From: an uncultured Clostridia bacterium
GTDB taxonomy: Bacteria; Bacillota; Clostridia; Oscillospirales; CAG-272
DNA: 53,915 nucleotides
Direction of reading: 5' to 3'
Assembly: GCA_947573405.1 (NCBI GenBank)
Contig: CANPFW010000004.1
Coordinates: 1 to 53,915 of the forward strand
Part shown: positions 44,636 through 53,915 of the stretch, piece after piece
Numbering within the stretch: position 1 is the first letter of the stretch
How the letters are laid out: every line of letters begins with the position of its first letter
Program-made: the position numbers and the translations under genes
Notes under the pieces: model-generated
What the model saw: only the letters and a program-made list of their open reading frames with translations
What the model was told of the DNA's origin: nothing
Database searches by the model: none

Positions 44636-46309
44636 ATGCTGACAGATATTGAAATCGCAAGAGGCGCTTCCATGCGGCCAATCACAGAGATTGCCCAGGG
44701 GCTTGGAATTCTACCCGAGGAACTGGAACCGTACGGTCGGTACAAGGCAAAAATCGGGGACGAATTTATACAACGCACTGCGGATAAGCCGGACGGAAAG
44801 CTGATTCTGGTGACGGCAATCAATCCCACTCCGGCGGGAGAGGGCAAGACTACTACCAGCGTGGGGCTGGGTATGGCTATGGAGAAAATCGGCAAAAACG
44901 CGGTGATTGCATTGCGGGAGCCGTCTCTGGGGCCTGTTTTCGGTATCAAGGGCGGGGCAGCCGGAGGCGGATACGCACAGGTGCTTCCTATGGAGGATAT
45001 CAATCTGCATTTTACAGGGGACTTTCACGCAATTACGGCGGCAAACAATTTGCTGTGTGCAATGATTGACAATCACATTCAGCAGGGAAACGCATTAAAT
45101 ATTGATCAGCGGCGCATTGTGTTCGGACGGGTAACTGACACCAATGACCGGGCGCTGCGCAATGTGGTTGTAGGACTGGGCAAGCCTGCGGACGGAGTTC
45201 CCAGAGAGGATCATTTCATGATCACCGTTGCCAGCGAAGTGATGGCGATTCTGTGTCTGGCAGACGACTTGGCGGATTTGAAACGCCGGCTTGGCAGTAT
45301 CCTTGTTGCATATACAAGAGAGGGCGCGCCTGTGTATGCCCGTGATTTGCAGGCGGACGGCGCTATGGCAGTTCTTTTGAAGGATGCGATCAAACCCAAT
45401 TTGGTACAGACTATCGAAAATACGCCTGCCATTATCCATGGTGGACCTTTCGCCAATATTGCTCACGGATGCAATTCCGTACGGGCGACAAAGCTTGCTT
45501 TGAAGCTGGCGGATTACGCAATTACAGAAGCGGGCTTCGGCGCAGATCTCGGTGCGGAAAAATTCTTTGATATCAAATGCCGTATGGCGGGGCTTGCTCC
45601 GTCTGCTGTGGTTCTGGTAGCTACGGTGCGGGCTTTGAAATATAACGGCGGCATTCCCAAGGATGCGCTTGCCGGAGAAGATGTAGAAGCAGTAAAGCGT
45701 GGCGGCGTCAACTTGGAAGCCCATATTGAGAATTTGAAAAAATTCGGCGTTCCTGTTGTGGTTGCAGTGAACCGGTTCCATACAGATACGGATAAGGAAC
45801 TGGAAGCGGTGCGTCAGATTTGTGATCGCTGCGGTGCACGGTGCGCGATGTCCGAGGTATTTGCCAAAGGCGGCGCCGGGGGAATCGAGCTTGCGCAGGC
45901 GGTTGTGGAAGCGTGCGAGGAACCGTCTTGTTTTGCTCCGATTTACGGGGATGATCTGACCATTCAGGAGAAGATTGAGAAGATTGCCACCACAATTTAC
46001 GGTGCGCGGAGTGTACAGTTTGATGCCGCTGCATTGAAATCTATTGAACAGATTATCGGTTTGGATCCTGCATACGGAAAGTTCCCTGTGTGCATGGCGA
46101 AAACCCAGTATTCTCTGTCCGATGATCCGGCAAAATTGGGCAGACCGCAGGATTTTGATATAACTGTACGCGAGGTTCGTCTCAGTGCTGGCGCGGGCTT
46201 TATCGTAGCGCTGACTGGTGCGATCATGACCATGCCGGGACTGCCAAAGGTGCCGGCTGCCTGCAAAATGGACGTGGACGATAAAGGAAACATTACGGGA
46301 TTATTTTAA
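44636..46309 (+). CDS. fhs: Formate--tetrahydrofolate ligase
   Basis: [37 protein letters not shown]. Confidence 0.97.
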   Translation: MLTDIEIARGASMRPITEIAQGLGILPEELEPYGRYKAKIGDEFIQRTADKPDGKLILVTAINPTPAGEGKTTTSVGLGMAMEKIGKNAVIALREPSLGPVFGIKGGAAGGGYAQVLPMEDINLHFTGDFHAITAANNLLCAMIDNHIQQGNALNIDQRRIVFGRVTDTNDRALRNVVVGLGKPADGVPREDHFMITVASEVMAILCLADDLADLKRRLGSILVAYTREGAPVYARDLQADGAMAVLLKDAIKPNLVQTIENTPAIIHGGPFANIAHGCNSVRATKLALKLADYAITEAGFGADLGAEKFFDIKCRMAGLAPSAVVLVATVRALKYNGGIPKDALAGEDVEAVKRGGVNLEAHIENLKKFGVPVVVAVNRFHTDTDKELEAVRQICDRCGARCAMSEVFAKGGAGGIELAQAVVEACEEPSCFAPIYGDDLTIQEKIEKIATTIYGARSVQFDAAALKSIEQIIGLDPAYGKFPVCMAKTQYSLSDDPAKLGRPQDFDITVREVRLSAGAGFIVALTGAIMTMPGLPKVPAACKMDVDDKGNITGLF

Positions 46310-46740
46310 TGAAGGAATATATAGAAGCCGGCTCGCCGGAAGAAACGGAGCAGGCGGGAGCACATCTGGCAAAGCAGCTTGCCGCATGCCGGCGTGGGCA
46401 GATGTGGTTTATTTGCTTATACGGTGATCTTGGTGCAGGTAAAACTGCTTTTGTGCGCGGCTTTGCCGGTGCGCTTTCCCCGGGAAGCCGGGTCAAAAGC
46501 CCTACATACACTATAGTGCACGAATACCGTGCGGGAAAGGTTCCCGTGTTTCACTTTGATTTGTACCGGCTGGAGGATTGTGAGGACGGGCTGGAGGAAA
46601 TCGGGTTTGACGAGTATGTGTCCGGCGGACACTGTATTATAGAATGGAGCGAGTATCTTCCTGTACTTCCGCCGGATGTGATTTCTGTGCATATCCGGAA
46701 AACGGGCGAGAGCAGCAGACAGATTGAAATGGAGTATTAA
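46309..46740 (+). CDS. tsaE: t6A biosynthesis ATPase TsaE
   Basis: GDLGAGKT, SPTY, HFDLYRL, IEW. Confidence 0.93.
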   Translation: MKEYIEAGSPEETEQAGAHLAKQLAACRRGQMWFICLYGDLGAGKTAFVRGFAGALSPGSRVKSPTYTIVHEYRAGKVPVFHFDLYRLEDCEDGLEEIGFDEYVSGGHCIIEWSEYLPVLPPDVISVHIRKTGESSRQIEMEY

Positions 46741-46746
46741 AAGGAT

Positions 46747-47445
46747 ATGTTGACACTTGGACTGGATACAACGGCGGGAACAGCTTCTGCCGCCATACTG
46801 TCAGATGAAAAACTGCTTTGTGAATATACGCTGAATTCCGGGAATACGCACAGTCAGACCCTGCTCCCAATGATTGAAAACATGCTTGGACTTCTGGGAA
46901 AGAAACCGTCTGACATAGATTTGTATGTTTGCGCTGCGGGGCCGGGCTCCTTTACCGGCGTGCGCATCGGTGTGGCTACAGTGAAAGGATTGGCGGAGCC
47001 ATTTGATGCGCCGTGTGTGCCGGTTTCTGCGTTAAAAGCATTGGCGCAGAATCTTGCCGGATACGAGGGGATTTTGTGTCCTGCAATGAATGCACGTCGG
47101 CAGCAGGTGTATACGGCATTGTTTGAATCCAACGGAATCGAAATCAACCGTCTTTGTGAGGATCAGGCGATGGTGGTGGAGGAATTAGCAGTTCGTTTGC
47201 AGGATATGAAAAAGCCTGTGTATTTTACGGGAGATGGATATGATCTGGTATCGGGTTTGACGGATCGGGTTACGCCTGAACGTCTGCGGTATCAAAGTGC
47301 AGCTTCTGTAGCGCTATGCGGGTACCAAACTTATATAAATGCCGATGACAAGACAAGTTATATGGCACAGGCGCTGCTGCCGACGTACCTGCGTAAGCCC
47401 CAGGCACAGCGGGAGCGGGAAGCGCGGATGCAGTGTGAAATTTAA
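46747..47445 (+). CDS. tsaB: t6A biosynthesis protein TsaB
   Basis: LGLDT, HSQTLLP, GPGSFTGVRIG, P.YLR. Confidence 0.93.
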   Translation: MLTLGLDTTAGTASAAILSDEKLLCEYTLNSGNTHSQTLLPMIENMLGLLGKKPSDIDLYVCAAGPGSFTGVRIGVATVKGLAEPFDAPCVPVSALKALAQNLAGYEGILCPAMNARRQQVYTALFESNGIEINRLCEDQAMVVEELAVRLQDMKKPVYFTGDGYDLVSGLTDRVTPERLRYQSAASVALCGYQTYINADDKTSYMAQALLPTYLRKPQAQREREARMQCEI

Positions 47446-47480
47446 AAGTATTGAAATGGAAAGAAAGGCATGGTTATTAT

Positions 47481-47924
47481 ATGAAAAAAATTGCAATCGC
47501 CTGTGATCACGGCGGATATCAGTTGAAGCTTGCTGTGATGCAGTATCTGGAAAAAGAGGGATATACATATAAGGATTTCGGGTGCGACAGTGAGGATGCT
47601 GTAGACTATCCGGACTATGGTGTGCCTGCATGTGAAGCGGTGGTTTCGGGAGAGTGCGAACGGGCGATTCTGATTTGCGGCACTGGGATTGGTATGAGTA
47701 TGTGTGCAAATAAGGTGCGCGGAATTCGGGCTGCATGTTGCTCTGATACGTTCAGTGCACGGATGACACGGCTGCATAATGATGCGAATGCCCTTTGCAT
47801 AGGAGGCCGCGTTGTCGGAGAGGGATTGGCGCTGGATTTGGTGGATTTGTTTTTAAAAACGGAATTTATGGGTTCGCATCACAGCGCGCGTATTGCAAAA
47901 GTGATGCAGATTGAGAATAAGTAA
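47481..47924 (+). CDS. rpiB: Ribose-5-phosphate isomerase B
   Basis: DHGG, DYPD, CGTGIG, HNDAN. Confidence 0.95.
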   Translation: MKKIAIACDHGGYQLKLAVMQYLEKEGYTYKDFGCDSEDAVDYPDYGVPACEAVVSGECERAILICGTGIGMSMCANKVRGIRAACCSDTFSARMTRLHNDANALCIGGRVVGEGLALDLVDLFLKTEFMGSHHSARIAKVMQIENK

Positions 47925-47941
47925 GATTATATAGGATAGAG

Positions 47942-47975
47942 AGCGTCTTTTCCGACAGGGAAAGACGCTTTTTTG
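47942..47975 (+). terminator. Intrinsic terminator
   Basis: AGCGTCTTTTCC-GACA-GGGAAAGACGCT-TTTTT. Confidence 0.8.
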
Positions 47976-47997
47976 TTGATGGGTAGAAGTAAAAGAT

Positions 47998-48350
47998 AAA
48001 GGCTCTCATCAGTAAAAGAAAACTTTCATAGAGTACAAAGGCTCGCATGTATTAGGGCGCGCACACGGAGCCCCGCTGAAAAGGGTCGCATGTGCGGTGA
48101 TTCGTTTTGCAAACCACTGGGGCATGTCGCGAAGCATTATATAGAAAAGGCCCCCTTGTGCAAAGGGGGCTGGCACAGCTTTGCCGTAACTGGGGGATTG
48201 TTAATCTATCATTTAGCAGGATTAATAAATCGACGATATGGCAGACAATCCCTCCGCTGCACCTGCGGCGCGCCACCTCCCTTTGCATAAGGGGGGAGGC
48301 ATATGGAGTTTGATGAGCCTACGGCGTGCCATCTTCCTTTGCTGGCGAAG
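47998..48350. repeat. Palindromic repeat family locus E (core ~48147-48300 plus decayed flanking copies)
   Basis: GGCCCCCTTGTGCAAAGGGGGC..GGGATTG...CAATCCCTCC..CCTCCCTTTGCATAAGGGG. Confidence 0.85.
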
Positions 48351-48490
48351 ATTTAAACGGCTTGCCATGCAGAGATTCATTTTCCCCTTTTTTATGCATA
48401 TATTATTAAGGTGCCAAATAATTACATATGCAGCCCCTGAAAACAATCCAGCGGCTATTTGAAATATTATAGAAAGTAAGGTGGATGACA

Positions 48491-48805
48491 ATGCAGAAAA
48501 TCCGAAGCGGCAGAGCACAGAGAAAAAACGAACAGCCGAATATACATAAAAAGAAGTTGGAAAATTCAGAAAGCAAATGCCGTGCTGCGGATGCGGCGGC
48601 AATTGTGTGTGCGGTGCTTTGCGCGGCTTCCCTGTGTATTTTTGGCGTAGGTAAAGATACTTCCTCAAAGGATGGTATTTACCAGGCTGCAGGAAGCAAG
48701 ACTTTGGGAGCAATAACATACACGCCGCCGGAACAGTCGGATGAATGGAGCTTTTGGGATTACTTTGCAGATGTAATGGCTGGCGTGTTTGGATATAACG
48801 GTTGA
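48491..48805 (+). CDS. Small single-TM hypothetical protein (in the spoIVFA position)
   Basis: RBS AAGGTGG, basic N-terminus, TM helix; directly precedes an M50 peptidase; CATATATT upstream resembles a sigmaE -10. Confidence 0.6.
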   Translation: MQKIRSGRAQRKNEQPNIHKKKLENSESKCRAADAAAIVCAVLCAASLCIFGVGKDTSSKDGIYQAAGSKTLGAITYTPPEQSDEWSFWDYFADVMAGVFGYNG

Positions 48806-49379
48806 CAGGTGGAGTATGGCGGGAATTTTATTTTTTGCAGCTGCTTTGTGCATGTGTCCTGCTCCGGGATTGCTTTTGCTGGCGATTCTGATTCATGAAT
48901 GCGGGCATTTGTTGTGTGCGCTTTTCTTGGATTGGCAGCGTCCGGATATCCGGTTCAGTCCTGCCGGGATTGTGCTCCAATATCCCGGTATGCATCCGCC
49001 GGGACAGGAGATTCTTGTATGTTTGGCAGGACCGGCAGTTAACTTTATAACTGCCGGAGTTTGTTTCTGGTGCATGAATTTCAGTGTTATAGGGGAAGGT
49101 GCTCTTTTTAATAAAATGATGTTTTTTTACTGCATTGGTCTTGGCGCAGTCAATTTGCTGCCTATTCAGGGAATGGACGGGGGCGGAATTCTCAGCGGCA
49201 TATGCAGCCGATTGGTTCTTCCGGACCGTGCTTATCAGATTTGCAGGGCAGGATCCGTCCTGTCTGTTTTGTTTTTATGGGGAATCAATTTGTATATTCA
49301 AATGAAAATTGGATTTAATCTGTCTCTTTTTGCGGTCTCTCTTTATCTGACTGTCACTGTTTTGCCCCGCAGCGCATAA
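48789..49379 (+). CDS. M50 (site-2) metalloprotease, SpoIVFB-like
   Basis: HECGH, LAGP..N, NLLPI..MDGG; start may be 48816. Confidence 0.8.
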   Translation: MDITVDRWSMAGILFFAAALCMCPAPGLLLLAILIHECGHLLCALFLDWQRPDIRFSPAGIVLQYPGMHPPGQEILVCLAGPAVNFITAGVCFWCMNFSVIGEGALFNKMMFFYCIGLGAVNLLPIQGMDGGGILSGICSRLVLPDRAYQICRAGSVLSVLFLWGINLYIQMKIGFNLSLFAVSLYLTVTVLPRSA

Positions 49380-49474
49380 TATTTAATATAGCAGCAGGCT
49401 GCATGTTAAATTGAACCGAGAGATTGCAGCCGATGCAATATTTTATATTTTCTGAGAAAGGCATGGTCATAAAT

Positions 49475-49900
49475 ATGAATGATCAAAGCGGAACCGGGTG
49501 GCTGCAGGTGCGTGTGGTTGAAGCCAACGGAGCTTTTGGCATCGAAGATGCCCAAGTGCTGATCTTTGGCTTTGATGAGGACGGGAGCGATTCAGGCGTT
49601 ATTTATTCTCTGCGAACAGATTCATCTGGTTTGGCGCCTAAAGTTGCCCTTAGTGCACCATCAAAGACGCGGTCGCTTACCCCGGCAGACGACGGTGTTC
49701 CATATGCGTCTTACCATATTAAAGTATCTAAAGATAATTATAATAGCGTAGAAATTACAAATGTCCCGATTTTTGATGGGGTAACATCTCTGCAAAGAGT
49801 CAATCTTGTACCGGAGAAAATGTTTTCCGATATATCGCCGGGATATCCGAAAGAATTTGTCCAGATTTATGATGTACCGCCATCGGAGCTGCAGTCATGA
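49475..49900 (+). CDS. Stand-alone homologue of the SleC N-terminal pro-region
   Basis: G.LQVRV..A....IEDAQV.I, RTDSSG.....L.AP....SL.P, PYASY.I.V....Y; matches the recalled SleC prodomain pattern. Confidence 0.7.
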   Translation: MNDQSGTGWLQVRVVEANGAFGIEDAQVLIFGFDEDGSDSGVIYSLRTDSSGLAPKVALSAPSKTRSLTPADDGVPYASYHIKVSKDNYNSVEITNVPIFDGVTSLQRVNLVPEKMFSDISPGYPKEFVQIYDVPPSELQS

Positions 49901-51309
49901 CAGAACAAAGATTACCGTTCATACCGAACGAAATTACAGTACATTTGGGATCGCCGGATTCCAACGCGCCAAACGTAACCGTTCCGTTTGCAGATTACAT
50001 AAAAAACGTTGCGTCCAGTGAATTGTATCCTACATGGCCGGAAAATGCCCTGCGTGCCAATATTATTGCACAGGTTACCTTTGCGCTGAATCGTATTTTT
50101 ACGGAATATTACAGATCCAGAGGGTACGATTTTGATATTACAAATTCCACCACAATAGATCAGGCGTTTGTAGAAAACAGAGACGTGTTTGAAAATATCA
50201 GCAATTTAGTGGATGAGCTGTTTAATGTTTATATCAAGCGGCAGGGAAGCGTAGAACCGATCTATTCACTGTACTGCGATGGAATCCGGGTGCAGTGTGA
50301 AGGAATGAGCCAATGGGGGTCTGTAGATCTTGCGGAGCAGGGATATACTCCGTATGAGATCCTGCAGTATTATTACGGGGACGATATCAATCTGAACTAT
50401 AATACGCCTGCACAGGATATACAGGACAGTTATCCGGGGCGGATTCTTCGAGTTGGTTCCATTGGCAATGATGTGAATTTTATAGAAACGTGGCTGAACC
50501 GTATTTCAAAGAATTACCCGGCAATTCCCAAAATCACAGAATTGGGCGGGGTATATACGGAGCAGACAGCTGAGGCTGTACGCACATTCCAGCGGATTTT
50601 TTCTCTCCCGCAGACGGGAGAAGTGGACGAGGCAACCTGGTATTCTATTCAGCGTATTTATGCAGCGGTCAAGCGTTTGTCCGATTTGAATTCGGAAGGG
50701 CTTTCTCCGGCTGAGGTAACAGGTTTGTTTCCAACGCAGGTGGGGCTTGGATCAACCGGTGAAGCGGTGCGTCTTGTCCAGTATTATTTAAACTTTGTAG
50801 CTTATTACAATAACCGTGTTCCGTCCGTGTATTTTAACGGAATTTTTGATGAACGAACAGAAGCGTCTGTTAGGGCATTCCAGACGGAGTACGGGCTTCC
50901 TGTCACTGGCATTGTGGATCTTGGAACACTGGATGTACTGTATAGTATGTATAGAACCTTTCGTGACAGCATTCCTGAGGGATATTTTGAGACGGCACCT
51001 GCTCTGTATCCCGGATTTCCGGTGGGAGTTGGAGAGACCGGAGATGAGGTGCGTTATCTGCAGGGATACCTGAATTTGATTTCCAATACATACACGCAGA
51101 TACCTAAGGTGAATGTAGACAGTATTTTTGGTCCTGCTACGGAAGCTGCAGTGCTGGCATATCAGAATATATTTGGACTGGAGCCTACCGGTATTGCGGA
51201 TATTGAAACTTATACGTCTATCGTGCAAACATATTTGGCGCTGCGCGAAGGAGCGCAGGCCAGTCCGGGACAGTATACAGGAGATATCAGTGCTGAAGGC
51301 GGGTCATGA
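49897..51309 (+). CDS. SleC-like spore cortex-lytic enzyme with three peptidoglycan-binding repeats
   Basis: YIKNVASSELYPTWP, NRIFTEYYR, YCDG, SQWGS..LA..GY....IL.YYYG; three C-terminal PG-binding repeats. Confidence 0.88.
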   Translation: MTEQRLPFIPNEITVHLGSPDSNAPNVTVPFADYIKNVASSELYPTWPENALRANIIAQVTFALNRIFTEYYRSRGYDFDITNSTTIDQAFVENRDVFENISNLVDELFNVYIKRQGSVEPIYSLYCDGIRVQCEGMSQWGSVDLAEQGYTPYEILQYYYGDDINLNYNTPAQDIQDSYPGRILRVGSIGNDVNFIETWLNRISKNYPAIPKITELGGVYTEQTAEAVRTFQRIFSLPQTGEVDEATWYSIQRIYAAVKRLSDLNSEGLSPAEVTGLFPTQVGLGSTGEAVRLVQYYLNFVAYYNNRVPSVYFNGIFDERTEASVRAFQTEYGLPVTGIVDLGTLDVLYSMYRTFRDSIPEGYFETAPALYPGFPVGVGETGDEVRYLQGYLNLISNTYTQIPKVNVDSIFGPATEAAVLAYQNIFGLEPTGIADIETYTSIVQTYLALREGAQASPGQYTGDISAEGGS

Positions 51310-51331
51310 AAGGAAAGGGGGATATTTTGAA

Positions 51332-51871
51332 ATGGCATATATTGATATAAATAATGATGAGGAGATACTTCGGCAATTGCAGAATTATCTTGGTAAGCTG
51401 TCCCGTTGGGTAAATGATCCTACGCTGCATGTGCAGGATGACGGAGTATACGGAGAAAAAACTAAAAACGCAGTGCGGCGGTTTCAGGAGATGCAGGGGA
51501 TTTTACCGACGGGGGATGTGGATCATGCAACGTGGGAAGCAATTTGTAAGGCGCACGATATGCTGAAGGAAGATTTTGAGAGAAGCAGCCCGATTCATCC
51601 TTTCCCAAATAAAGTAGGATATCAGGTTGAAATTGGAGAGAGAAGCAATCTGGTATGCATCATTAAAATTATGCTGAATGAACTGAAACTGTTTTATGAT
51701 TGCTATGCATATCTGCCCTTGAATCATAAATTTGATCAGGCGATGGCGGAAGCAGTGCGGGAATTTCAGCGTGTGGTTGGACTTGAGTGTACCGGTATTG
51801 TGGATAAGCGCACATGGAATAAGCTGGCAGAAGAATATGATCTGGCAGTAAAAGAAGGCGGCGCACAGTAG
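51332..51871 (+). CDS. Tandem peptidoglycan-binding domain protein
   Basis: DGVYGEKTKNAVRRFQ..TG.VD..TW and AVREFQ..GL..TGIVDKRTW. Confidence 0.85.
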   Translation: MAYIDINNDEEILRQLQNYLGKLSRWVNDPTLHVQDDGVYGEKTKNAVRRFQEMQGILPTGDVDHATWEAICKAHDMLKEDFERSSPIHPFPNKVGYQVEIGERSNLVCIIKIMLNELKLFYDCYAYLPLNHKFDQAMAEAVREFQRVVGLECTGIVDKRTWNKLAEEYDLAVKEGGAQ

Positions 51872-51960
51872 AGGTATAAAGTTGAAGGGATGCTGTGGAG
51901 ATTTTCCATTAAATAGGCGGGGCGTAAAACGGACGCTTGGGATATGTAGCGTGCCTTGCC

Positions 51961-52306
51961 TGAAAAGACTCCTTTGCGTGAGGACAGCATCCACGAAGCG
52001 AAACTTGAAAAGACTCCCTTATGCGGGCAGCACCCGCGAAGCCCAAATAAAAAAGGCTCCCTTGTGCAAAGGGAGCTCCCGCGAAGCGGGTGAGGGATTG
52101 TAAAACTGCCTGTCCTTTAGCAGGATTAATAAATCGGCAGTATGTGCAGACAATCCCTCCGTCGCACCTGCGGTGCGCCACCTCCCTTTGCACAAGGGAG
52201 GCATATGGAGTTTGGTGAGTATGCGGTGCATCGCCCCCCTTGTATAAGGGAGGCATATGGAGTTTGGTGAGTATGCGGTGCGTTGCTCCTTTTGCTGGGG
52301 GCATAG
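51961..52306. repeat. Palindromic repeat family locus F (core ~52054-52203 with two decayed copies on each side)
   Basis: TGAAAAGACTCC.. units at 51961 and ~52005; GGCATATGGAGTTTGGTGAGTATGCGGTGC repeated twice. Confidence 0.9.
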
Positions 52307-52478
52307 GAAGACATGGTTGTTTCTTCAAGTTTTACCTGGGTGAGGCTTTACGCGGTCGATCTTCCTAAACTTGTCAAAAACCTTATAATGAATCCTTTTC
52401 CAATCTTGCTTTTTTATCTGGGTTTTGCTATAATATTACATTATAGTTGTGCAGGCAAAAATGGAAAGGGAATATTAT

Positions 52479-53915
52479 ATGGAAATTTTTGAAAAAAACG
52501 ACAAGCGTACCCATTATTGCGGGACGCTGTCTGAAAAAAATGTGGGCGAGTCTGTTTGCGTTGTAGGGTGGTGCCAGCGTCAGCGGGACTTGGGCAGCCT
52601 GATTTTTATAGATCTGCGGGACCGTACCGGTATTGTGCAGCTTGCATTTGATGACAATACGGACAAGGCAATTTTTGATAAAGCGTTTTCCGTTCGTTCA
52701 GAATATGTGCTGTGTGCAAAGGGAACGGTTCGTCCCCGGGGTGAAGGTGCTGTCAATGATCAGCTTGCCACTGGTGCGGTGGAAATTGCAGTTTCAGAGT
52801 TCAAAGTGCTGTCCGAAGCGCAGACACCTCCTTTCCCGATTGTGGAAAACAGTACCACCAACAGCGAAACCCGTATGACATATCGCTTTTTGGATTTGCG
52901 CCGTCCCGACATGCAGTATAATCTGATGGCGCGTAGTCAGATCAGCGGTATCGCGCGACAGTATTTTGCGGAAAACGGTTTTGTGGATTTGGAAACACCC
53001 ACTCTGATTAAGCCGACTCCGGAAGGCGCCCGGGACTATCTGGTTCCATCCAGAGTGCATCCCGGATGCTTTTATGCCCTCCCCCAGTCTCCCCAGCTTT
53101 ATAAACAAATGCTGATGTATGCGGGCTTTGACCGTTATTTCCAGATTGCCCGTTGTTATCGGGATGAGGATTTGCGTGCTGACCGGCAGCCGGAGTTTAC
53201 ACAAATCGACTTGGAAATGTCATTTGCTGACGAAGAAGATATTATCCGTCTCAACGAAGGCTTTCTGGAGCGGGTTTTTAAGGATTTTATGCATCTGCCG
53301 CTTAAAACACCATTCCAGCGAATTACCTATGCGGAAGCTATGCGCCGGTTTGGCAGTGACAAACCGGATACCCGCTTTGGTATGGAATTGTGCGATTTGT
53401 CTGATGCGGTGAAAAACTGCGGATTTTCCGTGTTTTCCAGCTGTATAGAAAATGGTGGCAGCGTGCGCGGAATCAATGTTCCCGGCGGTGCGTCCATGTC
53501 CAGAAAGGAAATCGATTCACTTACCGAGTTCGTAAAAACTTATGGCGCTAAGGGGCTTGCTTGGTATAAAAATGCGGCAGAGGCTCCATCATCTTCCTTT
53601 GCCAAGTTCCTTTCGGAAGATGAAATAAAGGCAATTCTGGATACAATCGGGGCAAATACGGGTGACCTTGTGCTGATTGTTGCAGCGAAGGACAGCGTTG
53701 TGTTTGATTCCCTGGGTGCGCTGCGGTGCGAAGTAGCAAAGCGGCTGGATATGATTCCGAGGGGCGTATACAATTTCCTGTGGGTTACTGAATTCCCCTT
53801 GTTTGAATATGACGAGGAGGACGGAAGATATTATTCCAAGCATCATCCTTTTACAATGCCTATGGAAGAGGATATGGATAAGCTTTCCACAGATCCCGGT
53901 GCGATTCGTTCCCGT
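52479..53915 (+). CDS. aspS: Aspartyl-tRNA synthetase (runs off the window end)
   Basis: RTHYCG, FIDLRDRTG, TPEGARDY, LPQSPQLYKQ, RDEDLRADRQPEF, HHPFT. Confidence 0.95.
   Translation, partial: MEIFEKNDKRTHYCGTLSEKNVGESVCVVGWCQRQRDLGSLIFIDLRDRTGIVQLAFDDNTDKAIFDKAFSVRSEYVLCAKGTVRPRGEGAVNDQLATGAVEIAVSEFKVLSEAQTPPFPIVENSTTNSETRMTYRFLDLRRPDMQYNLMARSQISGIARQYFAENGFVDLETPTLIKPTPEGARDYLVPSRVHPGCFYALPQSPQLYKQMLMYAGFDRYFQIARCYRDEDLRADRQPEFTQIDLEMSFADEEDIIRLNEGFLERVFKDFMHLPLKTPFQRITYAEAMRRFGSDKPDTRFGMELCDLSDAVKNCGFSVFSSCIENGGSVRGINVPGGASMSRKEIDSLTEFVKTYGAKGLAWYKNAAEAPSSSFAKFLSEDEIKAILDTIGANTGDLVLIVAAKDSVVFDSLGALRCEVAKRLDMIPRGVYNFLWVTEFPLFEYDEEDGRYYSKHHPFTMPMEEDMDKLSTDPGAIRSR

Noticed and set aside
48052-48462. 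Short ORFs over the repeat loci (also 283-498 and 51882-52328)
   Set aside because: They are translations of the palindromic repeat (PPLCKG / PLVQRG patterns) with no RBS support.
52310-52478. T-box leader for aspS
   Set aside because: No T-box consensus or terminator; a TTGCTT-17-TATAAT promoter lies ~45 nt from the start.

Overview
Chromosomal window from a spore-forming anaerobic Clostridia-type Firmicute (inferred from gene content; probably a gut organism). Mostly + strand housekeeping genes: ruvC, an rRNA methyltransferase, ecfA1-ecfA2-ecfT-truA, cvpA, pgsA, a Zn-finger Clp ATPase, a P-type ATPase-like protein that has lost every catalytic motif, and mrp. Then a 10-gene [FeFe]-hydrogenase operon with an embedded sensory/phosphorylation module, and a decayed ~2.3 kb islet between convergent tRNA-Arg(CCT) and tRNA-Leu(TAG). 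Further on: THF riboswitch-folT-folC, a galacto-/lacto-N-biose ABC + GH112 phosphorylase operon, ilvBN with an unannotated Ile/Val/Leu leader-peptide attenuator, ddh, tRNA-Arg(CCG), fhs-tsaE-tsaB-rpiB, a spoIVFB-like protease, a split SleC-like spore cortex hydrolase locus and the 5' part of aspS. Six intergenic loci carry one palindromic repeat family: an inverted core flanked by tandem end-copies that decay outward. No CRISPR-Cas or intact mobile element was seen. All family assignments come from motif recognition by eye, not database searches.
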